Under the pieces are notes generated by a model. That model searched no databases. It was not told where the DNA came from and saw nothing but the letters and a program-made list of their open reading frames with translations. A DNA stretch of 64,000 nt from an uncultured Candidatus Saccharibacteria bacterium. Its GTDB lineage: Bacteria; Patescibacteriota; Minisyncoccia; Phycocordibacterales; UBA9973. Each line of letters begins with the position of its first letter. Position 1 is the stretch's first letter. The DNA lies in contig CAZWAV010000003.1 of NCBI GenBank assembly GCA_964631935.1, positions 10,894 to 74,893 of the forward strand. Reading direction: 5' to 3'. Both the position numbers and the translations under genes were made by a program. Shown in pieces: positions 9,500 to 20,731 of this stretch.

Positions 9500-11641
9500 T
9501 TACTTTCTAGACTCTATAATAGTTGTCGCTACATTTTGAGGAACGATATCGTAACGCAAGAATTCCATAGTGAATCCTGCACGTCCTTCAGTCATAGATC
9601 GAAGTGTTGTCATGTATCCGAACATTTCAGATAGAGGCACTATTGCCCTCACTGCTTGGTTCATACCACGACTCTCCATTCCTTCGATAAGTCCACGCTT
9701 TGATGACAGTGAGCCAGTTACATCTCCCATGAATTTATCAGGAGTAATAACTTCCACTTGCATCATAGGCTCAAGGATAACTGGTTTCGCCATTTTACAT
9801 GCATCTTGGATTGCCATTGAAGCAGCAATTTTGAAAGCCATTTCGTTTGAGTCCACATCGTGGTAACTTCCGTCGTATAGATCAACTGATACGTTTTCCA
9901 ATTTAAATCCTGCAAGTACTCCTCTATCGAGACCTTCTTTGAATCCTTTTTCACAAGCAGGAATATATTCCTGAGGAATAGCACCTCCTTTTATAGTATT
10001 TACGAATTCAAATCCCTTTTCACGTTTTACGTTCTTTGGAAGATCTTCAGGGTCAACAGTTAGATCCATAGGCTTAATCTTAATCTTCACGTGACCATAG
10101 TTACCACGGCCTCCTGATTGCTTGATATACTTACCTTCTACTTGAGCTTCACCTGTAATGGTCTCACGGTATGCAACTTGTGGCTTACCGACATTTGTCT
10201 CAACCGAGAATTCACGCTTCATACGGTCAACGATAATTTCAAGATGGAGTTCTCCCATTCCTGCAATGATAGTCTCATTTGTTTCTGGGTCTGTTGTCAC
10301 TCTAAACGTAGGATCTTCTTGGGCAAGACGAGAAAGTGCCATACCCATTTTCTCTTGGTCTGCTTTTGTCTTTGGTTCAACACGAAGGTTAATAACCGGT
10401 TCTGGGAAGACAATACGGTAGAGCTCGATTGGCTTCTCTTCGTCACAAAGTGTATCTGAAGTGATTGTATCTTTAAGACCTACAGCAGCCGCGATTTCTC
10501 CAGCGAAAACTTTTTTCACTTCTTCACGTTCGTTAGCATGCATACGAAGTATGCGACCTAGACGCTCTTTGTTGCGAGTACGAGGGTTGTAAATATATGA
10601 TCCAGCAGAAACTGATCCTGAGTAAACACGGAAGAATATAATCTGTCCGACGAATGGGTCAGTGGCAACTTTGAATGCTAGAGCTGAGAATGGCTCACTA
10701 TCTGATGCTTTACGATCCATAACCTCATCAGTGTCTGGGTTGATTCCTTGGATAGCTGGAATGTCGAGAGGACTTGGTAGATAGTCAACAACAGCATCAA
10801 GTACGAGCTGGACACCTTTATTTTTAAGAGCACTTCCTGCAAATACTGGGAAGATTTCATTAGCAATAACACCCTTTCTCATAAGCTTCTTTAGGGTCTC
10901 AACATCTGGAATCTTACCTTCTAGGTAATCATTCATCACCTGATCATCTTGCTCTACAATCTTTTCGATAAGCTCTGCATGATACTTGTCTGCTTCGGCC
11001 TTCATATTTTCAGGAATTTCTTTTTCGATAACCTTGTTACCCATTTCTCCTTCGAAGTAATATGCCTTCATTTTTAGAAGATCAATAACTCCTTCATGAT
11101 TTTCTTCAAGTCCTATTGGAATCTGCATTCGAATAGCTTTCTTTGTTAGTCTCTCATGAATAGTTTTGTATGAGTGCTCAAATGATGCACCTGTACGATC
11201 AAGCTTGTTTATGAAACAAATACGAGGAACATTTGCTTCGTCAGCATAGCGCCAGTTTGTCTCTGATTGAGGTTCAACTCCAGCAACTCCGTCGAATACT
11301 ACAACAGCGCCGTCGAGTACGCGAAGTGAACGCTTCACTTCTACAGTAAAGTCGATGTGACCAGGTGTATCGATAATATTAAAACGATGCTTTTTACTTT
11401 TATCAGTCAATGCATATGTAGGAGTCCAGAAACAAGTAACAGCCGCAGATGTGATAGTAATACCACGTTCACGCTCTTGTTCCATCCAGTCTGTGGTTGT
11501 CTCACCATCGTGAACTTCACCGATTTTGTGTGACACACCAGTATAAAAGAGCACACGCTCTGTCGTAGTTGTCTTACCCGCATCGATGTGGGCAATAATT
11601 CCAATATTTCGAACTTTTTCTAGGGGATAATCTCTTTCCAT
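9500..11641 (-). CDS. fusA: translation elongation factor G
   Basis: G-domain [24 protein letters not shown]; full five-domain length of 713 aa. Confidence 0.95.
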   Translation of the reverse strand: MERDYPLEKVRNIGIIAHIDAGKTTTTERVLFYTGVSHKIGEVHDGETTTDWMEQERERGITITSAAVTCFWTPTYALTDKSKKHRFNIIDTPGHIDFTVEVKRSLRVLDGAVVVFDGVAGVEPQSETNWRYADEANVPRICFINKLDRTGASFEHSYKTIHERLTKKAIRMQIPIGLEENHEGVIDLLKMKAYYFEGEMGNKVIEKEIPENMKAEADKYHAELIEKIVEQDDQVMNDYLEGKIPDVETLKKLMRKGVIANEIFPVFAGSALKNKGVQLVLDAVVDYLPSPLDIPAIQGINPDTDEVMDRKASDSEPFSALAFKVATDPFVGQIIFFRVYSGSVSAGSYIYNPRTRNKERLGRILRMHANEREEVKKVFAGEIAAAVGLKDTITSDTLCDEEKPIELYRIVFPEPVINLRVEPKTKADQEKMGMALSRLAQEDPTFRVTTDPETNETIIAGMGELHLEIIVDRMKREFSVETNVGKPQVAYRETITGEAQVEGKYIKQSGGRGNYGHVKIKIKPMDLTVDPEDLPKNVKREKGFEFVNTIKGGAIPQEYIPACEKGFKEGLDRGVLAGFKLENVSVDLYDGSYHDVDSNEMAFKIAASMAIQDACKMAKPVILEPMMQVEVITPDKFMGDVTGSLSSKRGLIEGMESRGMNQAVRAIVPLSEMFGYMTTLRSMTEGRAGFTMEFLRYDIVPQNVATTIIESRK

Positions 11642-11729
11642 ATATATAATTTACTTGATAAAAATAAAAAGACACGAGTGTCTATGTCCATAGAATATAC
11701 AATATATGTGCAAAATTTGCAATCAAAGC

Positions 11730-11753
11730 AAAACTCCCCTTCCGGGGAGTTTT
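11730..11753 (-). terminator. intra-operon hairpin (attenuator/terminator) between rpsG and fusA
   Basis: aaaactccccttccggggagtttt: GC-rich stem plus T-run, 22 nt past the rpsG stop. Confidence 0.4.
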
Positions 11754-11774
11754 GTGGGTTTATATAAATTAAGA

Positions 11775-12245
11775 TTACCAAGCGAAGTGAGCAAATGCTT
11801 TGTTTGATTCTGCCATCTTGTGAGTATCATCACGTTTCTTGATAGCAGAGCCTTCGTTCTTTGAAGCGAGTATTAATTCTTCAGCAAGCTTCTGGTGAAT
11901 TGGGGCACCTTTCTTTCCACGGGCAGCAAGGATGATCCATCTCATTGCAAGCGCTGTGCGTCGTTCTGGACGAACTTCACGAGGAACCTGGTAGTTAGCA
12001 CCACCGATACGACGTGATCGAACTTCAACAAGTGGACCAGCATTCTTTATAGCTGTATCGAAAACTTCAAGAGGATTTGGGTTACCAGTTTTTTCTTTTA
12101 TTACATCAAAAGCCATATAGACAGCCTTGCGAGCAGTCTCCTTCTTTCCGTGGAGCATAATACTGTTTATAAACTTCGCAAGCTTTTGCGAATTATACAT
12201 TATGTCAGGGTCTACTATATTTCTATTTTTTATCTTTCTTCGCAT
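11775..12245 (-). CDS. rpsG: 30S ribosomal protein S7
   Basis: 156 aa; S7 blocks (GKK..A..IVY.A...I, ...MRWI). Confidence 0.95.
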   Translation of the reverse strand: MRRKIKNRNIVDPDIMYNSQKLAKFINSIMLHGKKETARKAVYMAFDVIKEKTGNPNPLEVFDTAIKNAGPLVEVRSRRIGGANYQVPREVRPERRTALAMRWIILAARGKKGAPIHQKLAEELILASKNEGSAIKKRDDTHKMAESNKAFAHFAW

Positions 12246-12256
12246 ATTATTTTAAA

Positions 12257-12682
12257 TTATTTTTTAGCTGCGTCTTTTGGAGTTTTAGTACCATAGAGAC
12301 TTCGAGACTGTCTTCGCTTGTCTACGCCTGTAGCATCGAGACGTCCACGAACTATGTGGTAACGTACACCGATCAAGTCCTTCACGCGTCCACCACGGAT
12401 CATAACCACTGAGTGTTCTTGTAAGTTGTGACCCTCACCTGGGATATAAGCAGTAACTTCCATTCCATTTGTAAGACGGACACGGGCGATCTTTCGAAGA
12501 GCTGAGTTAGGCTTCTTTGGAGTAGTTGTAGAAACTTTTGTACATACACCACGCTTGAATGGCGCAGGGTAAAATACTGGTCGATTCTTAATCGAATTAA
12601 AACCGCGAGCAAGGGCTACGGCTTTAGACTTTCTTTTAGTAATTTTTCGGCTCTTTCGAACCAATTGGTTTATTGTAGGCAT
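12257..12682 (-). CDS. rpsL: 30S ribosomal protein S12
   Basis: MPTINQL...[10 protein letters not shown]...VRLTNG; canonical. Confidence 0.95.
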   Translation of the reverse strand: MPTINQLVRKSRKITKRKSKAVALARGFNSIKNRPVFYPAPFKRGVCTKVSTTTPKKPNSALRKIARVRLTNGMEVTAYIPGEGHNLQEHSVVMIRGGRVKDLIGVRYHIVRGRLDATGVDKRRQSRSLYGTKTPKDAAKK

Positions 12683-12780
12683 ATTGAAACAAAAATAGTC
12701 ACGAACGGACTAGTCAGAATACTTTACTATAGGGGTGATAAAAAAGCAAGCCCCATATGGGGCTTGCTGGTTCTTCGATT

Positions 12781-14853
12781 TTATATCTCAAATTTCTTAC
12801 GCAAGAAGCCATCTTTGACTTCAAAAGGGGTAGATGTGTAAGCCGAGCTATAGCTTCCGTCATTATTTTTAACCTCTATCTTCACATAATACGCACCATT
12901 TGGAACAAGACAATAGTACTTACCTGTCCTATCGCTAACCTTTTTGATTACTTCACGGTCACTACCGACTGTATAGACTCGAACAATAGCAAAGGCAAGT
13001 GGTACACTTGTCCCCTTGTATACCAAAGTACCGAATGGTCGAGGTTTAAGAATAGTATGTTTCAAAATAAATATAAGCACATAGACAGCAAAAGTTATGA
13101 TGTTGTAAATTTTTGGAGAGACAAGTACTGCAACAGTGGTTACAGCAAAACCAAGAGCAAATAGAATATTTGAAATACGTGTAATCCAAATATCACGTCT
13201 TGAATAGAATTTCACTAAATCTTGTTTCCTTTTTGCGAATTCATTCCAGTCAAAGTTTATAGCATCCATTGGAATATTCTTAGTTATAACTTGACCTTCA
13301 GCAATATCGATAATATCTCCAAAATATAGATCTTGGTAAACTTCATCACTAATTTGTGTCTGTAATTTCTTTGAAGGAAATGTGTAATTTGTTTTATTAG
13401 CAATCATTCTGTACTGACCAGGAGGGACTAAGAATCCATAACGCCCAGAAATATCAGTAATAGAGGTAGACACTTCTTTGCCTTGTAAATCCGTAAGCAT
13501 CACATACGCAGGATCAAGAGGTTGCTTGGTCACACTATCATATACAGTTCCCCAAGGGCGATTTCGCTTTTTAATACCAAGAGCCGCTAAGAATAAACTC
13601 CATAGACGAAGTGGTATAAGGAATATTTCAGAGAATGTAAGTGGGCTTGCAAATATAGAGGTCAGGAAACTAAGAAGTACTCCGGAGAGAGCCCCTGTCG
13701 CAACAATTATCGGTACAGCAATTTTTGCAATTTCCTTTCCATTAAGACCAGATATTTTATCTATTGGAGTTTTTATTGGTGTAGAACCTACGCAAGATGG
13801 ATCAGTTGGATGTATGGCGCAGAAATTATTTGGTGGATTACATATTGCATCGTTTGGATGAAGAGAACAAAATGTTGGTGGATTTTCACTATCACCATTT
13901 GGATCATTCGCACATCCTGGATCATCTAAGTCTACTAGACCATCTCCATCATCATCAAAATTGTTACTACATATATGAACTCCCCCACCTCCATCATGAG
14001 GATTTCTACAACTTGAGTCATTAGGATGGGTGACACAAAAAGCTAGACATGATGGATCTGTTGGATGTGTACTACAAAATGGTGGTGGTAGACAAGATGG
14101 ATCGCTAGGATTTAGCTCACAAAATGTTGGTGGGTCACAATTTACAGTACATCCACCTGGTCCACCTGTAACTTCAGAATTGTCAGTCGGATCATAAGAC
14201 CCTGAATTGCTAGAGTTGCCATCAGTATGACACCCACTATCATTACTATCTATAGCTGAATCAGTATCATTATCTATACCGTCACTACACTGTGGTCTTG
14301 TATTACGTGGACGCCAGTCTGTCTTTACACAATAGTTTGAATCTGAGCAATCAAATTTTATCCATCCATGATTTTGACTCCAAGCATAGCCATTAAATTC
14401 TCCAGAACTATTTATGGATATTGGACTTGTGACGCTATTTAAAAATGGTCCGAAATTTATCCAACCAGAAGTCTGCCCCCAGGCATACCCAGACAGATGA
14501 CCATTGTTATCATTTGCTACTCTTAGCTGAGGATTTGAAGCACAACCACTTGTAGTATCTAAGCAATTTAGAACAACCCAACCAAAAGACTTCCCCCAAA
14601 TAAAGCCTGTTAATTGAGTATCAGTAACATGCACTATATAAGAGGAAGCATTTGTTGTCGGAGGATCAGTAAAAAAACCAAAATTAACAGGACTCGTAGA
14701 AGTAATAGAGCATAAAATATTTTCACAGACTTGCGCATTTCGATTTGTCTGATCGATAGTACCACTTATTATCGAGGCGCTTACAGTAAAAGATCCACAC
14801 AACAGTATGAAAAGAAAAAGATATTTTAAATATGTTTTATAAATAACTTTCAC
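12781..14853 (-). CDS. secreted/membrane-anchored Cys-repeat surface protein with two C-terminal CarboxypepD_reg-like beta-sandwich domains
   Basis: Signal peptide (GTG start). Three GW-type repeats (SGYAWGQTSGWINFG / NGYAWSQNHGWIKFDC / TGFIWGKSFGWVVLNC). Run of HPTDPSC / NPSDPSC / HPNDSSC Cys repeats. TM segments, then two domains of the type ...GRYGFLVPPGQYRM.. Confidence 0.55.
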   Translation of the reverse strand: MKVIYKTYLKYLFLFILLCGSFTVSASIISGTIDQTNRNAQVCENILCSITSTSPVNFGFFTDPPTTNASSYIVHVTDTQLTGFIWGKSFGWVVLNCLDTTSGCASNPQLRVANDNNGHLSGYAWGQTSGWINFGPFLNSVTSPISINSSGEFNGYAWSQNHGWIKFDCSDSNYCVKTDWRPRNTRPQCSDGIDNDTDSAIDSNDSGCHTDGNSSNSGSYDPTDNSEVTGGPGGCTVNCDPPTFCELNPSDPSCLPPPFCSTHPTDPSCLAFCVTHPNDSSCRNPHDGGGGVHICSNNFDDDGDGLVDLDDPGCANDPNGDSENPPTFCSLHPNDAICNPPNNFCAIHPTDPSCVGSTPIKTPIDKISGLNGKEIAKIAVPIIVATGALSGVLLSFLTSIFASPLTFSEIFLIPLRLWSLFLAALGIKKRNRPWGTVYDSVTKQPLDPAYVMLTDLQGKEVSTSITDISGRYGFLVPPGQYRMIANKTNYTFPSKKLQTQISDEVYQDLYFGDIIDIAEGQVITKNIPMDAINFDWNEFAKRKQDLVKFYSRRDIWITRISNILFALGFAVTTVAVLVSPKIYNIITFAVYVLIFILKHTILKPRPFGTLVYKGTSVPLAFAIVRVYTVGSDREVIKKVSDRTGKYYCLVPNGAYYVKIEVKNNDGSYSSAYTSTPFEVKDGFLRKKFEI

Positions 14854-14881
14854 AGATATATATAGTATACATTAGTAAATA

Positions 14882-17101
14882 TTAATTTGCAGGCGCTGGT
14901 GTATCTGATGGAGGGGTGTCGCTTGGTGTAGGATCTTGATTTGGTGTTAGTTCAGGATTTTGGTCTGGGACAACTGGATCCTGTGGTGGTAATGGTATTG
15001 GATCTGGGGTTGGGTCAGGTGTTGGAATTGGGTCTGGATTGGGTGGTGGAGTTTGTGTATTTAATAATTGTTTTAGTTGGTGAAGCTCTGATTTATTAAT
15101 ACACTCAGATGTACCGTCAGGATCAGTAAGACATACTTCCCCAGTAAATATACGTGTTAAATGATTTGCTGCATTTGCAAACCAAGCAATTAGAACATCT
15201 CTAAATGTATTTTCTTTTTCTAAATTATTTATTCCTTCAATCTTCAAATTCAATTCTTTAATAGAATTCACAAGTATAGGTGCCATACCAGCATAGTTAA
15301 CCTGGTAATAACCATTGGGAGCAGTTGAAACGAGTGTCGGGAAAGATTCTTTTAAGTTTTGAGCAAGGAATCCAATTTGTGGATTTGCGTTTGGGTTACT
15401 ACTCCAATTGTAGTTTACAGTTCTGATATTTTTTAATAAATCGAGAGTTGGTGAGAGATCAGATATATTTGTCTTTAATCTTTCGTCTGATGTACAGTTA
15501 ATGCCGGCTGTATCGGGACGGATCGTACAAGTTTGTGCTGCGCCTGTGATAACCATTTCTTCTATTGATCGAGTAGTTGAACCAATCATCAATTGGTTTG
15601 AGGCTGTGTTAGTGGCCGCCTCACCAATAGCTATAGAGTTATTATTACCACCAGCTGAAGTTACATTACCAATTAAAATATTGTAATCATTTATATCTCC
15701 AGTATTATTTACAGTCTGATTTTGTCCAGCGTTCCGTCCGATATAAATTGAGTGTGATGAATTACTAGAATTATACCCAGCACCAGCGCCAATAAAATTC
15801 GAGTATTGTGCTGTTCCAACAAGACCACCAGATCCAGAGCCTATAAATATCGATCCAGCCGTACTGGCAGACAATTTCCCTGATTGATAACCAATCATGA
15901 TAACGTTAAGTGCATCATCAGCATTCATTCCTGCTTCTCTACCAACAAATGTTGAGTTTGGTCCCCCACCACCACTTCCTGCGTCAAGACCAATCATTGT
16001 ACCACCACAGCCACCAGCTTGATTTAAGCCAGCATTAGTACCAATAAATGTTGAATTAATATCGCAAGCAGTACCCATAGTTGCAGTATCGGTTCCCAAC
16101 CATGTTTCATTACCGATAACAGAAGTAGAGCCAATAAATGCTCCAGATAAAGTAGTCCAGGTTGGGGTTACTCCTGGACCAGCACTTGTAAGTACTTGAC
16201 CCGCCGTTCCAACGTCGCTATTTAAAGATATGACCGAGGTTGAGTTTGTTAAGAAAATACCATAGGTAGCATTAAATGAGTCAGCATTAAATGAACTAGA
16301 TGGGCTGGAGGCAAAAATATTTCCGCTACTATCTACTTGGAGTATATCTGTATAGCCACCACCATTAGACTGGGCTTTAAGTCTCCATACACTGCTCGGG
16401 TTAGCACTACCTCGTACTGGTAAAATATCTGCTTGCCAGTCTACAGTCTGAGAAGCTCCTCCGGCTGAGGTTTTCCATCCTTGCCCTGTCCATCTTATTG
16501 CAGGAGAAATCTGTTGGGCATTCAAAGAGGCAGCTGTGTTATTCACAAGAGCAACCCCGGATGTAGAGGTTTGTGTTGTCCCGAGGGTATTGGTAATAAT
16601 ATCGAGGCGTGACGATGGTGATATTGTGCCAATACCAAACCTCACATTTGCCTCATCAAATGCACCAGATGTGCCAAATTGGATTTTACCTTTTGTTGCA
16701 TTCAACGTTGACATAAGTGTAAGTTTTTCTCCAGCACCAGTACCTCCCCTTAATTCTTGCCCTCCGGCTAAACCAGTTGTGAGATTATTTGTAATAGTTC
16801 CCGAAGTATCAGTAAGTCCAGAGGAAAATGTATAAGATCCCCCCGCCACACTCGCCCAACTCGTCACACTCCCATCAGTAGTTAAGAACTTACCAGAATT
16901 ACCAGTCTGATCAGGTAGGATTTGAACATAACAGTTAGTATCTGTAGGGGTACAGGCAGGATCAAGAGTTTGACCTGGTTGGTATGGTGAAACTATAGCG
17001 TAAGTATGTATGTAGTAGCCTAATAGGAATACAGACAGAGAGACTACAAGTAGCTTGGAGAAGAAATGATAGATAAACTTTTTTGATTTGTTTTCTGACA
17101 T
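14882..17101 (-). CDS. tail-fibre-like surface protein with C-terminal intramolecular-chaperone (Peptidase_S74-like) domain, paralog 1
   Basis: N-terminal signal anchor; Gly/Ser/Thr-rich fibre region; C-terminal ...TCTIRPDTAGINCTSDERLKTNISDL...IGFLAQNLKESFP...YQVNYAGM. Conserved S-D-x-R-L-K-x-N-I autoproteolysis motif. ATG at 17101 preferred over TTG at 17125. Confidence 0.75.
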   Translation of the reverse strand: MSENKSKKFIYHFFSKLLVVSLSVFLLGYYIHTYAIVSPYQPGQTLDPACTPTDTNCYVQILPDQTGNSGKFLTTDGSVTSWASVAGGSYTFSSGLTDTSGTITNNLTTGLAGGQELRGGTGAGEKLTLMSTLNATKGKIQFGTSGAFDEANVRFGIGTISPSSRLDIITNTLGTTQTSTSGVALVNNTAASLNAQQISPAIRWTGQGWKTSAGGASQTVDWQADILPVRGSANPSSVWRLKAQSNGGGYTDILQVDSSGNIFASSPSSSFNADSFNATYGIFLTNSTSVISLNSDVGTAGQVLTSAGPGVTPTWTTLSGAFIGSTSVIGNETWLGTDTATMGTACDINSTFIGTNAGLNQAGGCGGTMIGLDAGSGGGGPNSTFVGREAGMNADDALNVIMIGYQSGKLSASTAGSIFIGSGSGGLVGTAQYSNFIGAGAGYNSSNSSHSIYIGRNAGQNQTVNNTGDINDYNILIGNVTSAGGNNNSIAIGEAATNTASNQLMIGSTTRSIEEMVITGAAQTCTIRPDTAGINCTSDERLKTNISDLSPTLDLLKNIRTVNYNWSSNPNANPQIGFLAQNLKESFPTLVSTAPNGYYQVNYAGMAPILVNSIKELNLKIEGINNLEKENTFRDVLIAWFANAANHLTRIFTGEVCLTDPDGTSECINKSELHQLKQLLNTQTPPPNPDPIPTPDPTPDPIPLPPQDPVVPDQNPELTPNQDPTPSDTPPSDTPAPAN

Positions 17102-17150
17102 ATGTGATTGGTGCAAAAAGGCCAATATACATATGTATTATAGAATATGT
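16845..17150. repeat. ~305-bp direct repeat copy A (promoter plus 5' coding end of tail-fibre paralogs)
   Basis: Near-identical to 20401-20708, including upstream tctataatacatatgtatattggcctttttgcaccaatcacatATG and the first ~80 codons. Confidence 0.8.
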
Positions 17151-17179
17151 GGGGAGGGAAAGATAGGGGAAAAGTTGAT

Positions 17180-20100
17180 TTAAGGTGTAATTGTAGTATC
17201 GGTTGGTGTGCTGTCACCTGTGTTTTGATCAGGAGGAGGAGTTACATCTACTATACAATTGTTTGTTTCATCTAGGTGGTAACCTGTAGGTATTTCAGAT
17301 TGTACATCGTCTATATTTGGACAGATGTCGGTTGGAAGTGGTGGTGGATCGATGGGACCGCCGCCTCCACCAGAATTAATATTGTTAAGTAAAAGTTGTA
17401 GTTGATCTTTTGTTACACAAACATCTTCGAGGCATAATTTCTTTGCATGGACCTCTCCAAAGAAAACTATATCTAGGCTATTACTAACACTCCCCAAGAA
17501 ATTTTTAATTAATGATCCAAGAGAATTTGCATTTTCTGTATCCAAAGATGAGAGTCCTTCTATTTTTACATCAAGCTCTTTGATTGCATTCACGAGGATT
17601 GGTGTCATGCCTGCATAATTGACTTGGTAGTAACCAGTCGATGTAGTTGAAACGAGTGTCGGGAAAGATTCTTTTAGGTTTTGAGCAAGGAATCCAATTT
17701 GTGGATTTGAATTTGGATTATTCTTCCAGTTATAAGTTATAGTTCTGATATTTTTTAATAAATCGAGAGTTGACGACAGATCAGAGATGTTTGTCTTTAA
17801 TCTTTCATCTGAAGTACAATTGATACCTGCAGTATCTGGACGGATAGTACAAGTTTGTGAAGCGCCTGTGATAAATACTTCTTCGATAGGACGAGTGGTT
17901 GAGCCGACCATAAGCTGATTGATAGCTGTGTTAGTAGCATAAGAACCTATAGCAATAGAATTTTTAAATCCATTAGTAGTAGTATTGTTACCAATTAAAA
18001 TTGAGAAGTCATCTGGATCTCCAGTATTATCTACAGGATCACCACTAAAGATTCCCCCTCCGGCTAATGTACCTATGAAAATAGAGTGTGATGCATAATA
18101 TGCATTCCACCCAGCGCCGTCCCCAATAAACGTTGAGTAAGTTGCAGCACCTGCAGCGTTTCCTGCTTGGTATCCGATGAAGTTTGAGTTTGATGCCCCT
18201 CCCTGCCCAGCGCCATTACCAATGAAGTTTGAGTCTGAAACACTCGAAGCACTCTGACCAGCCCCTTGTCCAATGAAGTTTGAGGTAGACACGTTATTGG
18301 CACCCGATCCTGCCGCTGAACCAATGAAGTTTGATTGGGAAGTATTGTACGCGCCATTACCCGTTTGATATCCGGTGAAGTTTGAATAAGAGTTATTGTA
18401 CGCACCATTACCCGCTTGATATCCGGTGAAGTTGGAATATGCGGCATTGGACGCACTGTTGCCAGATTGAAATCCAATAAAGTTTGAATTATCTGCGCCA
18501 CTAGCACCGTATCCGGCTTCTCTTCCAAGAAAGACCGTTAGTGTTGAAGATCCACCACTGCTCCCTGCGGCCGTTCCGAGCCATGTTTCGCTATCAATTG
18601 TTGATGTTGAACCAACAAGTCCAGCTCCTGCTGCTGCCCAGGAAGCAACCCCACTACCATCAGTTTTCAAAAAATATCCATTCGTACCAGCAGATGTTGG
18701 GAGTGTCAGTGTCCATGTACCCGCCGCAGCTGCTGGCTGAACAATAACTTTCCCTGATGTTGACCCAGCAAATGAGAGCACACCGAGTCGTGACCCTGTC
18801 GTACCCAAAGAGAGGAGTTCTCCTGGATTATTGTTTGCAATACCTATTTTACCAGCAGTCGTCGGTGTAGCCGATGGTGTTGTATTATTATCAATACTGA
18901 TACCATAGAGAACATTCCCGATGTTGAGTTGTTGCGTTGCGCTATTTTGTGTTCCTTGGCCAATCGCAATGCTGTCTGAAAAACCACCCGTCTTTGTATA
19001 ATTACCAATGAGAATCGACGATTTAGTGCCTGATGTATTGTTGACAGTATCATTGATCCCAGAATTAACACCAAGAAAAATTGAATTCTTTGCGTTCGTC
19101 GCATTATATCCAGCATTTGTCCCTATGAACGTTGCATACCCGGCATTAGTAGCACCATACCCTGTTTGTTCTCCAAAGAAATTGGCGTTTGTGGCACTAG
19201 TTGCATTATAACCCGCACCATCTCCTATGAAGTTTGAGTAGGAAGCACCTGTAGCCTGGAACCCAGCAAGATTACCGAGGAAATTTGAAGCGGCGGCACT
19301 TGTTGCTCCGTAACCAGATTGAAAACCAAAGAAGTTCGACAATTGGGCACTTGTGGCAGCGCGTCCAGATTGGTACCCAAAAAAGTTTGACGAGGAAGCA
19401 CCTGTAGCCTGGAACCCAGCAGCACTGCCAAAGAAGTTTGAGTTTGCCGCACTCGTTGCTTGATATCCCGCGGAACTTCCCAAGAAATTTGAGTTATTTG
19501 CAGAAGTAGCCCCGTTTCCAGCGTTTAATCCTAAAAAGTTTGAATATGAAGCACTTGGGGCAAGGTACCCGGAATTGTATCCTAAAAAGTTAGCGTATAT
19601 TGCTGTCGTTGCTTGATATCCCGATTGAACACCTATGAAATTTGAACCAGACGCACTAGTAGCTTGAAACCCAGCACCACTACCAAAGAAATTCGAATTG
19701 GGTGCGCTCGACGCTTGATATCCCGCACCACCTCCTAAGAAAATCGAGCTCCCAGCATTTGTTGCCTGACTTCCTGCTAAATCTCCGATAAATATTGAAC
19801 CATTTGCATTAGTAGAATATGCTCCAGCTTGATCTCCTATAAAAGTAGAAGAGCTTGCATTTGTTGCTTGAAACCCAGCACTGTTTCCAAAAAAGTTTGA
19901 TTTGAGTGCATTTGTCGCCTGCTGTCCGGCACCCGCACCAAAGAAGTTAGAATCACGAGCTGAAGTAGCTACAGTACCTGCATTGTATCCAAGGAAATTT
20001 GACTGGTATGCGCCGGTTGCATTTAATCCTGCGTTTAATCCAAAAAAGTTTGAGTAATGTGCATCTGTTGCAAGTTTACCTGCTTGATATCCAATAAAAT

Positions 20101-20659
20101 TTGAGTTGTATGCATTTGTCGAACCAAAGCCTGCAGAATATCCGATAAAGTTTGATTGCGATGCGCTTGTTGCAGCAGAACCTGAAAAGCCACCGATAAA
20201 GTTTGATTGCGATGCGCTTGTTGCAGAGATACCTGCATTGTCTCCTATAAAAATTGACTGTATAGCACTTGTCGCATTCTTTCCTGCATCAACACCAATG
20301 AACACAGTGCGATTAGTTGATGCTGTTCCTAAACCTCCTAGACTTGTACCTAAAAATGTTTCCGTCCCGGATGTCGACGTCGATCCCAAAAGTCCTCCCG
20401 CCGCCACACTCGCCCAACTCGTCACACTCCCATCAGTAGTAAGATACTTACCAGAATTACCAGTCTGATCAGGTAGGATTTGAACATAACAGTTAGTATC
20501 TGTAGGGGTACAGGCAGGATCAAGAGTTTGACCTGGTTGGTATGGTGAAACTATAGCGTAAGTATGTATGTAGTAGCCTAATAGGAATACAGACAGAGAG
20601 ACTACAAGTAGCTTGGAGAAGAAATGATAGATAAACTTTTTTGATTTGTTTTCTGACAT
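17180..20659 (-). CDS. tail-fibre-like surface protein with ~35 tandem 18-aa phage-fibre-type repeats and C-terminal intramolecular-chaperone domain, paralog 2
   Basis: Same N-terminal 78 aa as paralog 1; long array of SNF[IFL]G..AG..AT.A.. 18-residue repeats (Phage_fiber_2/YadA-head-like); same C-terminal SDERLK chaperone domain. Confidence 0.75.
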   Translation of the reverse strand: MSENKSKKFIYHFFSKLLVVSLSVFLLGYYIHTYAIVSPYQPGQTLDPACTPTDTNCYVQILPDQTGNSGKYLTTDGSVTSWASVAAGGLLGSTSTSGTETFLGTSLGGLGTASTNRTVFIGVDAGKNATSAIQSIFIGDNAGISATSASQSNFIGGFSGSAATSASQSNFIGYSAGFGSTNAYNSNFIGYQAGKLATDAHYSNFFGLNAGLNATGAYQSNFLGYNAGTVATSARDSNFFGAGAGQQATNALKSNFFGNSAGFQATNASSSTFIGDQAGAYSTNANGSIFIGDLAGSQATNAGSSIFLGGGAGYQASSAPNSNFFGSGAGFQATSASGSNFIGVQSGYQATTAIYANFLGYNSGYLAPSASYSNFLGLNAGNGATSANNSNFLGSSAGYQATSAANSNFFGSAAGFQATGASSSNFFGYQSGRAATSAQLSNFFGFQSGYGATSAAASNFLGNLAGFQATGASYSNFIGDGAGYNATSATNANFFGEQTGYGATNAGYATFIGTNAGYNATNAKNSIFLGVNSGINDTVNNTSGTKSSILIGNYTKTGGFSDSIAIGQGTQNSATQQLNIGNVLYGISIDNNTTPSATPTTAGKIGIANNNPGELLSLGTTGSRLGVLSFAGSTSGKVIVQPAAAAGTWTLTLPTSAGTNGYFLKTDGSGVASWAAAGAGLVGSTSTIDSETWLGTAAGSSGGSSTLTVFLGREAGYGASGADNSNFIGFQSGNSASNAAYSNFTGYQAGNGAYNNSYSNFTGYQTGNGAYNTSQSNFIGSAAGSGANNVSTSNFIGQGAGQSASSVSDSNFIGNGAGQGGASNSNFIGYQAGNAAGAATYSTFIGDGAGWNAYYASHSIFIGTLAGGGIFSGDPVDNTGDPDDFSILIGNNTTTNGFKNSIAIGSYATNTAINQLMVGSTTRPIEEVFITGASQTCTIRPDTAGINCTSDERLKTNISDLSSTLDLLKNIRTITYNWKNNPNSNPQIGFLAQNLKESFPTLVSTTSTGYYQVNYAGMTPILVNAIKELDVKIEGLSSLDTENANSLGSLIKNFLGSVSNSLDIVFFGEVHAKKLCLEDVCVTKDQLQLLLNNINSGGGGGPIDPPPLPTDICPNIDDVQSEIPTGYHLDETNNCIVDVTPPPDQNTGDSTPTDTTITP

Positions 20660-20708
20660 ATGTGATTGGTGCAAAAAGGCCAATATACATATGTATTATA
20701 GAATATGT
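20401..20708. repeat. ~305-bp direct repeat copy B (promoter plus 5' coding end of tail-fibre paralogs)
   Basis: See copy A; only a few mismatches (e.g. gttaagaac vs gtaagatac; gggg vs ggtg in the leader). Confidence 0.8.
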
Positions 20709-20731
20709 GGTGAGGGAAAGATAGGGATTTT

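Noticed and set aside
14882-20683. Prophage or mobile element interpretation of the tail-fibre-like genes
   Set aside because: No integrase, capsid, terminase, portal or att-like flanks are visible. Neighbours are housekeeping genes (M50 protease, rpmB), so domesticated surface proteins are more likely
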